The position numbers were made by a program, and so were the translations under genes. From assembly GCA_964348785.1 (NCBI GenBank), contig CAYGDO010000006.1, positions 14,055-51,916 on the forward strand: a stretch of DNA of 37,862 nt, read 5' to 3'. The notes under the pieces are model-generated. The model was not told the DNA's origin. It made no database searches and saw only the letters and a list, made by a program, of their open reading frames with translations. This DNA is from an uncultured Candidatus Saccharibacteria bacterium. GTDB taxonomy: Bacteria; Patescibacteriota; Minisyncoccia; Phycocordibacterales; 2-02-FULL-43-11. This document shows, in pieces, positions 26,687-36,564 of this stretch (position 1 is the stretch's first letter; the number at the start of each line of letters is the position of its first letter).

Positions 26687-27205
26687 ATGCCCATAATTAA
26701 ACACGACAACCAAAGAGTAGGCGTTTTCATAGACACTCAAAATCTATACCATAGTGCAAAAAACCTTTACCATTCAAAGGTTAATTTTGGCAAGGTCCTT
26801 GAAGATGCTTTATCTGAAAGACCTCTTATTAGAGCCATCGCCTATGTAATTACAACAGAATCGGGAGATGAAAAAAACTTCTTCGAAGCCTTAGCGAAAG
26901 TTGGGATAGAAGCCAAGACAAAAGATTTGCAAATATTTGCCGGTGGAGCCAAAAAAGCCGATTGGGATGTCGGTTTGGCCGTTGACGCAATTAAGATGGC
27001 ACCAAAATTAGATGTAGTGGTAATAATCTCCGGAGATGGTGATTTCGTGCCCTTAGTAGAATATTTAAAGACAAATGAGGGGTGCCAAGTTGAGGTTGTC
27101 TCTTTCGGGAAATCAACTTCATCAAAACTAATTGAAGCCTCTGATGGTTTCACAGATTTAGATACTAATCCTAAAAGATACCTGATAGGTCATAAAAATT
27201 ATTAA
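26687..27205 (+). CDS. NYN-domain (LabA/DUF88, PIN-like) protein
   Basis: VFIDTQNLY, KADWDVGLAVD, ISGDGDFVPLV, S..LIEASDGF. Confidence 0.92.
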   Translation: MPIIKHDNQRVGVFIDTQNLYHSAKNLYHSKVNFGKVLEDALSERPLIRAIAYVITTESGDEKNFFEALAKVGIEAKTKDLQIFAGGAKKADWDVGLAVDAIKMAPKLDVVVIISGDGDFVPLVEYLKTNEGCQVEVVSFGKSTSSKLIEASDGFTDLDTNPKRYLIGHKNY

Positions 27206-27285
27206 TTTGCCAAAAAGTAAGTACGCTTTGGTAAGTTTTTACATAACACAAAAGTGTGTTATATTGTTATTGTTATAAATTATCA

Positions 27286-27349
27286 AGCTGACTTCTAGAT
27301 AGGTAGATTTGGAAAATCAATTTTCAAGTCTGGAATCTGGAAATCAGCT
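27286..27349 (+). promoter_or_regulatory. Long imperfect hairpin in the pnp leader
   Basis: agctga/tcagct, ttctagat/atctggaa, agatttggaaa/ttttcaagtct; ends 8 nt before the pnp ATG. Confidence 0.6.
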
Positions 27350-27357
27350 ATTAAAAA

Positions 27358-29517
27358 ATGAAGACAAAAGAATATTCAATTGAGGTAGGGGGCAAGACCA
27401 TGACTGCAAAGTTTACTGACCTTGCAGAACAAGCCCACGGGTCCGTAATTATGCATTACGGAAATACCGTAGTATTAGTGACGGCGGTTATAGGTGGCAA
27501 GAAAGATGGTTTAGACTATTTTCCTCTAAGCGTAGAATACGAGGAAAGATTTTATGCTGGCGGAAAAATAAAGGGTAGCCGTTTTGTTAGAAGGGAAGGC
27601 AGGCCATCAGACGAAGCCGTTCTTTCTGGCAGAATAGTAGATCGAACGATTAGACCACTTTTTGATTCTCACATAAGAAACGAAGTTCAAATAGTTGCGA
27701 CAGTCCTATCAATCGGCGATGACGATCCAGACATTTTGGGCGTAATTGGAGCATCACTTGCGCTTGGTACATCAGAAATTCCATGGAACGGCCCGGTATC
27801 TTCCATTAGAATTGGAAAAAATATAGACCAGCAAGATTTCATAATAAGCCCAAGCTACACGCAAAGAGAAGGAGAAATCTACGAATTTGATTTAGTAGCA
27901 TGCGGAAAAGACGGAAATATAAATATGATTGAAGTTGGAGGAAAAGAAATCTCCGAATCAGTAACCATGGAAGCTCTCAAACAAGCCAGTCTAGAAATAG
28001 AAAAAATCCAAAAATTTCAGATAAATATAATTTCTGAGATAGGTAAAGAAAAAATTAAAATAGAAAAACCGGAAACTCCTGATGACATAAAAAAACTATT
28101 TGAAGAGGAAGTTTCCCCAAAAATTGAAGAGACTGTCTTTTCAGGACCAGGCAGTAAAAAAATAAATGAATTGAAAGATTGGTGGTTGGAAATTTTAAAA
28201 GAAAAACTACCTGAAGCAAAAGAAAATATTGCGGAAGATTTATTTGAAAAAACAATAAACGAAGTTTTGCACAAAGAAGCCATATATAAAAACAGACGTG
28301 CCGACGGTAGAAACTTCGACGAAGTGAGGCCTTTATTTGCCAAAGCAGGAGATATATCACCAATACTCCACGGTACAGGAATATTTTATAGAGGAGGGAC
28401 ACATATAATGTCCGCTCTTACTTTAGGTGCACCCGGTGATTCACAAGTCATAGACAGCATGGAATCCCAAACTAAAAAGAGATTTATGCATCATTATAAT
28501 TTTCCGCCATTCTCTTCTGGTGAAACCGGGCGACTCGGTGGTTTAAATAGAAGAATGATCGGTCACGGAGCTTTAGCAGAAAAAGCTATTATACCCGTCT
28601 TACCAAATAAAGAAGTTTTCCCTTACACAATTAGAATTGTTTCTGAAGCATTTGCATCAAACGGCTCTACTTCTATGGGAAGTGTCTGTGGTTCAACCTT
28701 AGCTCTTATGGACGCAGGTGTTCCAATAAAGGCACCGGTAGCTGGTATCGCCTCTGGCCTCATGATGGAGGATGCGAAAAACTACAAAGTCTTAACCGAC
28801 ATTCAAGGCCCTGAAGATCATCATGGGGATATGGATTTTAAAGTGGCTGGCACTAAAACAGGAATTACTGCTGTACAAATGGATGTAAAAGTTGACGGCA
28901 TTCCGCTTCATATTCTTGAAGAGGCTTTTGAAAAAGCAAAAAATGCCAGATTGAAAATAATAGACGTCATACAAAAGGAAATATCGGAACCTAGAAAAGA
29001 TATTTCACCAAATGCACCAAAGATTATTGCTATAAAAATTAAAAAAGATCAGATTGGCTTAGTAATAGGTACTGGTGGAAAGACAATAAATGAAATTAGA
29101 GATACAACCGGAGTTGACGGTATTGATATTGAAGAAGATGGTACAGTGTTTATAACTGGCAAAAACGGAAGCGCAGAAAAAGCTAAAGAAATAATTGAGG
29201 GGATGACTAAAGAATTTACAGTTGGAGAAAAAATGGAAGGGGAAGTGACCAGAATTGCAGATTTTGGTGCCTTTGTAAAAATCTCTTCAAATGCAGAAGG
29301 TTTAGTTCACATATCAGAAATCGCACCAATAAGAATAGAAAATGTTAGTGACTTCTTAAAGGAAGGGGACAAAGTCCCAGTTAAAGTTATAAATGTAGAT
29401 GAAACTGGTAGAATTAAACTATCCATAAAACAAGCGGACCCGGATTTCACTAAAGGAAAAATAAAAAACCCAGCAAGCCATAACGAAAGAGACACCCGCC
29501 ATTTTGGAAAAAGATAA
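27358..29517 (+). CDS. pnp: Polyribonucleotide nucleotidyltransferase (PNPase)
   Basis: RREGRPS..RIVDRTIRPLF, HHYNFPPFS, SNGSTSMGSVC, GDMDFKVAG, KH and S1 domains. Confidence 0.98.
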   Translation: MKTKEYSIEVGGKTMTAKFTDLAEQAHGSVIMHYGNTVVLVTAVIGGKKDGLDYFPLSVEYEERFYAGGKIKGSRFVRREGRPSDEAVLSGRIVDRTIRPLFDSHIRNEVQIVATVLSIGDDDPDILGVIGASLALGTSEIPWNGPVSSIRIGKNIDQQDFIISPSYTQREGEIYEFDLVACGKDGNINMIEVGGKEISESVTMEALKQASLEIEKIQKFQINIISEIGKEKIKIEKPETPDDIKKLFEEEVSPKIEETVFSGPGSKKINELKDWWLEILKEKLPEAKENIAEDLFEKTINEVLHKEAIYKNRRADGRNFDEVRPLFAKAGDISPILHGTGIFYRGGTHIMSALTLGAPGDSQVIDSMESQTKKRFMHHYNFPPFSSGETGRLGGLNRRMIGHGALAEKAIIPVLPNKEVFPYTIRIVSEAFASNGSTSMGSVCGSTLALMDAGVPIKAPVAGIASGLMMEDAKNYKVLTDIQGPEDHHGDMDFKVAGTKTGITAVQMDVKVDGIPLHILEEAFEKAKNARLKIIDVIQKEISEPRKDISPNAPKIIAIKIKKDQIGLVIGTGGKTINEIRDTTGVDGIDIEEDGTVFITGKNGSAEKAKEIIEGMTKEFTVGEKMEGEVTRIADFGAFVKISSNAEGLVHISEIAPIRIENVSDFLKEGDKVPVKVINVDETGRIKLSIKQADPDFTKGKIKNPASHNERDTRHFGKR

Positions 29518-29520
29518 AAA

Positions 29521-30423
29521 ATGGAAGAATTAAAAAAAGAAGAAGAGCAAACACAAACGGGAGTTACAAATAAAATCCCAGCAATAAGAACATACCAAGG
29601 CGATGTTAATGAATACATAAAAAAAGAAGGAAAAACCCTGGCTGATATCGCTATAGCAGAACAAAATCGAAAAAGCCGAGATTCGACCATGATTGAAATT
29701 GATAATTCCCAAAAAAAAGGCTGGGTGATAAAAATTTTAATTTCTCTTTTGATATTATGCCTGATATCTCTGGGTGCTTTTTTCCTCTACAACTTCTTAA
29801 ACAAACTTGACCCAAATTTTCAAGATATAGATAAAACCACTCCTGAACTTTTAGCTTTTGGGATAAAAACGAAAACGGTAAATTTAGACAATTTATCAAC
29901 CAAAGACTTACTTGAAAAAATAAACGATCAATTAACAGAGACTGGAGAAATCTATAACTTAAAAATCACTTATCAAGAAAAAGTCCTACCCGCTATAACA
30001 ATTTTAGAAACATTGGGAATATATGTACCAAGCACATTGGCCAGATCATTAAAGGAAGACTACGCCTTGGGAACTATTGGAGGTGGTGCAGCAAGATTTC
30101 TAGTTTTAAAAATTTCTTATTATCCAAACGCCTTCTCTGGAATGCTTAAATGGGAGGAGAAAATTTATAAAGATCTCTACAGTGTATTAAAGTTACAAAA
30201 AGAAAGCTCACCCCTTCTAAACGCGACGAGCACTTCATCCAAAGATCTTAAAAAATCTGCTTTTTACGACAGCATAATCTCCAATAGGGATTCTAGAGTT
30301 TTCAAAGATGCCAACAACAGAACTCTTTTAATCTACACTTTTATAGACAATGAAACTATAGTTATTGCTCCAAGTGAAAATATAATAAAAAACATAACCG
30401 AAAAATTAACGATAAAAAGATAA
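29521..30423 (+). CDS. Hypothetical bitopic membrane protein
   Basis: IRTYQGDV N-terminal motif, TM ILISLLILCLISLGAFFLY, AFSGMLKWE. Confidence 0.85.
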   Translation: MEELKKEEEQTQTGVTNKIPAIRTYQGDVNEYIKKEGKTLADIAIAEQNRKSRDSTMIEIDNSQKKGWVIKILISLLILCLISLGAFFLYNFLNKLDPNFQDIDKTTPELLAFGIKTKTVNLDNLSTKDLLEKINDQLTETGEIYNLKITYQEKVLPAITILETLGIYVPSTLARSLKEDYALGTIGGGAARFLVLKISYYPNAFSGMLKWEEKIYKDLYSVLKLQKESSPLLNATSTSSKDLKKSAFYDSIISNRDSRVFKDANNRTLLIYTFIDNETIVIAPSENIIKNITEKLTIKR

Positions 30424-30518
30424 AACATAGAACTGTTTTATAATCTCTGATATCATTGCGATAGTGAGCGATTTAAATAGTCAGAAAATTAAAACTTACA
30501 AAATAACAAATTTAAAAA

Positions 30519-30881
30519 ATGAACCAAGAAGAACTAAAAAAATATGAAACAAAGATAATCTCTGAAATAGAAACGGTCCAAAAAGAATTGCAAACTGTTG
30601 GCCGAAAAAACCCAGATAATCCAATGGACTGGGAAGCATTGCCAGAGAAAATGGACATACTGAGTTCCGACGACAATGAAGTGGCAGATAGCATAGAGTC
30701 CTATGAAGAAAATACTGCTATCCTAAAACAACTTGAAATAAGATTTAATGAGTTAAAAGAAGCTCTAAACAGAATTGAAGCTGGTAATTATGGAAAATGT
30801 TTGGAGTGCAATAACCCAATAGAAACAGAAAGATTAGACGCAAACCCAGGAGCCGTAACTTGCTTAAAACATCTCAAATAA
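30519..30881 (+). CDS. DksA/TraR family zinc-finger protein
   Basis: Coiled coil; ALNRIEAGNYGKCLECNNPIETERLDANPGAVTCLKH. Confidence 0.9.
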   Translation: MNQEELKKYETKIISEIETVQKELQTVGRKNPDNPMDWEALPEKMDILSSDDNEVADSIESYEENTAILKQLEIRFNELKEALNRIEAGNYGKCLECNNPIETERLDANPGAVTCLKHLK

Positions 30882-30915
30882 ATTGAGGTGTTTTTTGTTT
30901 TGAAAACCATTTCTT

Positions 30916-32450
30916 ATGTCTTTTTCCAAAACTCACAGTGTTCAATCAATTTTATTAAAAGCAGAAATTATTGATGTAGAAGTTGATATTTCAAGAGGTC
31001 TTTATGCTTTTTCAGTTGTCGGATTACCAGACAAAGGAGTAGAAGAATCGAAAGACAGAGTAAGTGCCGCAATCAAAAATTCGGGTTATAAATCACCAAA
31101 AGAAAAAACCATAAAGTTGTTGTATCTCTGGCGCCTGCTGACATTAAAAAAGAAGGTCCTCTTTTTGATTTATCTATTGCCGTTTCATACCTATTAGCAT
31201 CAGAGGAAATAAAATTCAATCCCGAAGGTAAAATCTTCTTAGGTGAGTTATCGTTGGATGGAAAATTAAGACCTATAAAGGGCACCCTGCCTTTGGTTAT
31301 AGAAGCAAAAAATAAAGGGTTCAAAGAAATTTTTTTACCTAAAGAAAACGCTGAGGAAGCCGGCATCATAAGCGGAATTCAAATCTTTCCTGCAAAGGAC
31401 TTAAAAGAAGTCTTGGATCATCTTTCTAACAACACAAACTTTAAAATAAAAACCCAACCAAAAACTGAAATATTAATAAATCAGAATTTTGATATAGATT
31501 TCAATGATATTAAAGGTCAACAAAACACTAAAAGATCTTTAGAGATTGCCGCTGGAGGGGGACACAACATAGCAATGTGGGGTCCAGCGGGTACAGGGAA
31601 AACTCTTTTAGCCAAAGCCTTTCCCTCAATTTTGCCCCCGCTCTCTTTTAATGAAATTTTAGAAGTAACAAGCATACATTCAATATCTGGAAACCTTAAT
31701 GATAATTTAATAACCAACCCTCCTTTTAGAAATCCTCACCACACCTCATCTTATGTATCCATAATCGGCGGTGGGGCAATACCGAAACCAGGAGAAGCAA
31801 CTTTGGCCCACAGAGGGGTACTCTTTCTAGACGAATTTCCAGAATTTGATAGAAAAGTTATAGACACCTTAAGAGAGCCTCTCGAAGAAAAAATTGTGAG
31901 AATTTCGCGGGCAAAAGGTTCAGCCAAATTTCCAGCGAACTTTATTCTGATCGCCGCTTTAAATCCTTGTCCATGCGGAAATTGGGGCTCAAAAACAAAA
32001 ATCTGTAAATGTCAGCCGATATTAATAGAGAAATATAAAAGAAAAATATCAGGACCCATAATAGATAGAATCGATCTTTGGTCGGAAGTATCATCTTTTG
32101 ATCACACTACTCTTGGGGAAAACAAAAAAAGTGGAGAAAGCAGTGAAATAATTAGAAAAAGAATTTTAGAGGCAAGAAAAATCCAATTAAATCGTTTCGA
32201 CAAAGAAAAAGATATAAAAACCAATAGTGAAGTTGGGGCCAAAAAAATTAATGAATTGATACCATTAACAACAGAAGTGAAAAAAATTTTAGACCGGGCA
32301 TCTTCAGTTTTGGATCTGTCGGCAAGAAGTTACCATAAAATAATAAAAATAGCCCGAACAATTGCCGATCTCGATCAAAAAGAGGTGATTGCCAATGAAC
32401 ATATGGAAGAAGCTTTGCAATATAGACCTAAAAACTTTAAATACGATTAA
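30916..32450 (+). pseudogene. comM: ComM/YifB Mg-chelatase-like AAA ATPase, split by a 1-nt frameshift near 31103-31108
   Basis: First frame: [24 protein letters not shown]. -1 frame continues [49 protein letters not shown]. May be an assembly error. Confidence 0.8.
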
Positions 32451-32452
32451 AT

Positions 32453-33466
32453 TTAAAAAGGATTTTTTGCTCCACGAACTTCAAAATGTAGGTGAGGACC
32501 AGTAGATTTTCCAGTTGAACCAACGGCCCCGATAATTTGTCCGCGCACCACTTTATCTCCAACATTTACATAATTCTCTATATTGTGAGCATATAACGTT
32601 TGAGTACCATTTGGGTGAGATATAACAATATACTTACCATAACCACCATTCCAACCAGTTTTCATACTAACAATAACTTCGCCCTCTGCAGAAGCAAATA
32701 TCGGGGCACCAGTATAAGTCGCCATATCAACTCCATTGTAACCGTGAAGTCCCTGACTCTTACTTCCTGTAATAACAGGTTTCAAATAATAACCATCATA
32801 GCTTGGACCCCCAATCCCTCTCAATTTATTAGTAGTAGTTACTGTAGTTTTTTGCAAAATGGCCAATTCTCCATCAGGAACTAAAATAACCTCACCGATT
32901 GCCAACACGCCACTTATATCTTTATCGTTATACCTAGAAATATCATAAGAATCGGCTTTATATTTTTTAGCTATACTATCTATAGTGTCTCCTTTCTTTA
33001 CAGTGTGTTGTACACCAGAAATTGGCAAAATAACCAAACGATCACCCTCTCTGATAGTTGAATTTTTGATATCATTGGCCCAAATAATAGTACTGGAAGT
33101 TACATCAAACATTTTAGCTATTGCTTGTATGGTATCTCCTTTCCTAACAACATAGGTGCTGATTTCACCATTTCTGTGTCCTGAAACATCAACAATCGTG
33201 CCCTCTGGGCCACTTTCAGGCATTAAGGCGGTACCCCCGATTATAGTTATATCTCCACCCCCTTTTGACAATTCAAGGTCAACAACTCTTTTAGTTTCCA
33301 AAAGAGGCATTCTCTGAGAATTTACACTCTTCCCACTAAAACTTGCAGCCTCAGCATCTTTACCAAATACTGAAAACAGCCCTGCAGAAACCGGATTAGG
33401 TAATAAAACGGAAACAAAAAAAACTAAACACAAAAAGTGTAAAACTTTTTTTGCCCTAAACAACAT
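32453..33466 (-). CDS. LysM x2 + M23 metallopeptidase
   Basis: Signal peptide; YVVRKGDTI and HTVKKGDTI; HGYNGVD, YAH, STGPHLHFEV. Confidence 0.95.
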   Translation of the reverse strand: MLFRAKKVLHFLCLVFFVSVLLPNPVSAGLFSVFGKDAEAASFSGKSVNSQRMPLLETKRVVDLELSKGGGDITIIGGTALMPESGPEGTIVDVSGHRNGEISTYVVRKGDTIQAIAKMFDVTSSTIIWANDIKNSTIREGDRLVILPISGVQHTVKKGDTIDSIAKKYKADSYDISRYNDKDISGVLAIGEVILVPDGELAILQKTTVTTTNKLRGIGGPSYDGYYLKPVITGSKSQGLHGYNGVDMATYTGAPIFASAEGEVIVSMKTGWNGGYGKYIVISHPNGTQTLYAHNIENYVNVGDKVVRGQIIGAVGSTGKSTGPHLHFEVRGAKNPF

Positions 33467-33679
33467 ATTTTGGCCAAACAGTAAAATACAGGATCGGCCT
33501 AAATCTGTAATAATATTAAAAATAACCTTTCATTTTGTCTTGTAAATTCTTTCAGAAAATGGCTTAATGAAGCCATAAAACAGCAAAACTGCTTGACGAC
33601 CATGCTTAAAGTTTATCCTTTATCAGAGATAAGTCAATGATTACAAAATTAATATGTGGACAACTAAATAATCCTATAT

Positions 33680-33731
33680 AAATTTACAAACGTCTATTTA
33701 TATTTTCTAATAAATAGACGTTTGTAAATTT
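33680..33731. repeat. Perfect 22-bp inverted repeat between divergent genes
   Basis: aaatttacaaacgtctatttat-8 nt-ataaatagacgtttgtaaattt. Confidence 0.85.
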
Positions 33732-33830
33732 CAAAATAAATCTTATAAAAAATTTTTGAGAAAAAGCCGTCAGCCAAAAATAACCTAAAACCCACGACTA
33801 AAATTTTAGGCCTATGTTATATTAAGCAAC

Positions 33831-35774
33831 GTGCAAGAATATTTATTAGGTCTAAATGAAAATCAAAAAAAGGCCGTTCTTCAGACAGAAGGGCCGGTTT
33901 TAGTAATAGCAGGAGCGGGGGCCGGAAAGACGAAAGTGGTTACTCATAGAATATTGCATTTAATAAAAGAAGGGGTTAGACCATCGCAAATAATAGCCAT
34001 AACCTTCACCAACAAAGCCTCGACCGAAATGCATCACAGAGTAGAACAGCTCTTAACCAATGACGCTTCTTTAAATAATCCGATAACCAACCACGAAAGG
34101 CCTTTCATAGGCACTTTCCACTCCCTGGGAGTAAAAATTATTAGAGAAAACGCAAAAGATGTTGGAGTAAATAGAAATTTCAAAATTTTAGACAGAAATG
34201 ATGCCATAAAAATAATAAAACGGGCGATGCAAATAACAGGTATAGACCCTAAAAGTTTTGAGCCAAATAAGATACTGTCGGTTATAAGCAAGAAAAAAGG
34301 CGATTTTATTTCGAGCGAAGACTTCATAAATGCCGGGGACAATGGGTATTTTGGTAAACTAGTTGCAAAAATTTGGATAGAATATGAAAAAATAAAAAAA
34401 GCAGAAAATGCCCTTGATTTTGATGATTTACTGCTCATAAGTGGAAAAATTTTAAGAAATAAAAAAGAAATTTTGGATAAATATCAAAATCTTTGGAAAT
34501 ACGTCCACGTAGATGAATACCAAGACACTAACAAATCACAATACGAGATAGTCAAAATGATATCTGAAAAGTATAAAAATATTTTTGTTGTTGGAGATGC
34601 CGATCAAAACATTTATTCATGGAGAGGTTCTGATATAAAAATACTACTAAATTTTGAGAGAGATTTTGATAACGCAAAAATAATTTTATTAGAAGAAAAT
34701 TACCGCTCTACACAAAACATTTTGACAGTAGCCAACAGAATTATCGTAAAAAATAAACTGCGGAAAGAAAAAAATCTATTCACCAAAAATGGAGAAGGGG
34801 AGAAAATCAGTCTATACGAAGCCTATGATGAAATAGACGAGGCTAATTTTGTTTCATCAAAAATATCAGACTTGATAGGAAATGGTGTAAATCCAAAAAA
34901 TATCGCTGTGCTTTATAGAGCAAATTTTCAAAGCCGAGCCCTTGAAGAAGGTATGATTGATAAAAAACTAAACTATCAAGTGTTAGGAACAAAATTCTTT
35001 GATCGAAAGGAAATAAAAGATATTTTGGCTTACATAAGAGTGGCCATAGACGAAAATAGTGTTACTGATTTAGAAAGAATCATCAATTTTCCGCCAAGAG
35101 GTATAGGAAAAACTACCTTTGCCAAAATCTCATTAGGTCAAGAAAACTCCTTAACACCTGCAGTAAAATCAAAAATTAATAATTTTAAAAAAATCATTTT
35201 TGAAATAAAAAAATCATTGGAGACAGAAAAGCTTTCCTTAGCCATAAAAAAAATTATCACCGAAACGCAAATGGAAAGTTATTTCAAAGATGACGGAATG
35301 GAAGGAGAAGAAAAATTAGAAAACCTTAGAGAGCTTTCGTCTTTATGTCTTAAATATGACAATATGGAAAGACAAGAAGCTTTAGAAAAATTTCTTGATG
35401 ACACTTCACTCCACACAGACCAAGATGATATAAAAGAGGATAGGGATTCGACGAAACTAATGACTGTTCACGCTTCTAAAGGCTTAGAATTTGATTATAT
35501 TTTTATTACGGGCCTTGAAGAAGATTTATTTCCGCACAAAAGAATTTCAGAAAACGAAATAAAAACTGAGGAAGATGAAGAGGAAAGAAGATTATTTTAC
35601 GTAGCATTAACAAGAGCAAAGAAAAAAGTATATTTATCATATGCAGGTTTCCGAACAATATTTGGATCCAAACAGCCAAACATACCTTCAGAGTTTATTA
35701 TAGAAATTGATGACGAATTCATAGAAAAAGAACGTCCGAGCGAATTTTTACGTGGAAAAACTATATATTTTTAA
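33831..35774 (+). CDS. pcrA: UvrD/PcrA ATP-dependent DNA helicase
   Basis: AGAGAGKT, TFTNKA, VDEYQD, GDADQNIYSWRG, ENYRS, TVHASKGLEF, EERRLFYVALTRA. Confidence 0.95.
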   Translation: MQEYLLGLNENQKKAVLQTEGPVLVIAGAGAGKTKVVTHRILHLIKEGVRPSQIIAITFTNKASTEMHHRVEQLLTNDASLNNPITNHERPFIGTFHSLGVKIIRENAKDVGVNRNFKILDRNDAIKIIKRAMQITGIDPKSFEPNKILSVISKKKGDFISSEDFINAGDNGYFGKLVAKIWIEYEKIKKAENALDFDDLLLISGKILRNKKEILDKYQNLWKYVHVDEYQDTNKSQYEIVKMISEKYKNIFVVGDADQNIYSWRGSDIKILLNFERDFDNAKIILLEENYRSTQNILTVANRIIVKNKLRKEKNLFTKNGEGEKISLYEAYDEIDEANFVSSKISDLIGNGVNPKNIAVLYRANFQSRALEEGMIDKKLNYQVLGTKFFDRKEIKDILAYIRVAIDENSVTDLERIINFPPRGIGKTTFAKISLGQENSLTPAVKSKINNFKKIIFEIKKSLETEKLSLAIKKIITETQMESYFKDDGMEGEEKLENLRELSSLCLKYDNMERQEALEKFLDDTSLHTDQDDIKEDRDSTKLMTVHASKGLEFDYIFITGLEEDLFPHKRISENEIKTEEDEEERRLFYVALTRAKKKVYLSYAGFRTIFGSKQPNIPSEFIIEIDDEFIEKERPSEFLRGKTIYF

Positions 35775-35775
35775 A

Positions 35776-36564
35776 ATGGAAAAATTTCAACATAAAAAGT
35801 CTTTAGGCCAAAATTTTCTAAAATCAGAAAAAGCCTTAAAACAAATAGTGGAAGCGGGTGGTATATCAAATGGGGAGTGGGTACTTGAAATTGGTCCAGG
35901 ACTTGGAGTATTAACTGAAAAAATATTAGAAAAAGGTGCAAATTTAGTTTCTGTAGAAAAAGATAGAAATCTAATTGAAAATTTAAATAAAAAATTTGAA
36001 AAGGAAATTAAAAACGGCAATTTATTCTTAATAGAACAAGACGCTCTGGTGTTTGAGACGGAAAATTCTCCTTTGCAAAACAAAAACTATAAGATAATAG
36101 CCAATATTCCATATTACATAACAGGAGAAATATTAAGAAAAGCACTATCAATCTGGAGACAACCAACAAAAATGGTTTTGATGGTGCAAAAAGAAGTGGC
36201 TAAAAGAATCTGCTCCAAAGAAAAAGAGAGTTTGTTATCAATCAGTGTAAAAATCTATGGTGAACCAAAAATCATAGACATAGTAAAAGCTGGGTCGTTT
36301 TATCCGGCTCCAAAAGTTGATTCCGCCATAATAGAAATATCATCAATCTCAAAAGATAAACTAAATGGGATAGACGAGGCTAAATTTTTTGAAATAGTCA
36401 AAACTGGTTTTGCCCACAAGAGAAAAATGCTCGGAGGAAACCTAAAAGAAATTTACAAAGAAAATACAGACAATATTCTAGAGAAAACTAATATTAGCTA
36501 TAAATCTAGAGCCGAAGACCTAAAATTGGAAGACTGGCTTAAATTAACAAAAATAACAAATTAG
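35776..36564 (+). CDS. rsmA: 16S rRNA adenine dimethyltransferase
   Basis: KKSLGQNFL, LEIGPGLGVLT, ANIPYYIT, MVQKEVA, PAPKVDS. Confidence 0.97.
   Translation: MEKFQHKKSLGQNFLKSEKALKQIVEAGGISNGEWVLEIGPGLGVLTEKILEKGANLVSVEKDRNLIENLNKKFEKEIKNGNLFLIEQDALVFETENSPLQNKNYKIIANIPYYITGEILRKALSIWRQPTKMVLMVQKEVAKRICSKEKESLLSISVKIYGEPKIIDIVKAGSFYPAPKVDSAIIEISSISKDKLNGIDEAKFFEIVKTGFAHKRKMLGGNLKEIYKENTDNILEKTNISYKSRAEDLKLEDWLKLTKITN

Noticed and set aside
33470..33610. c-di-AMP/c-di-GMP riboswitch in the M23 peptidase leader
   Set aside because: A ~135-nt leader with small hairpins exists, but I could not find the consensus nucleotides of either riboswitch.
4432..33663. oriC inside the window
   Set aside because: DnaA-box-like words are scattered singly (e.g. 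4432, 19700, 24344, 33655); no dense cluster, and no dnaA/dnaN.
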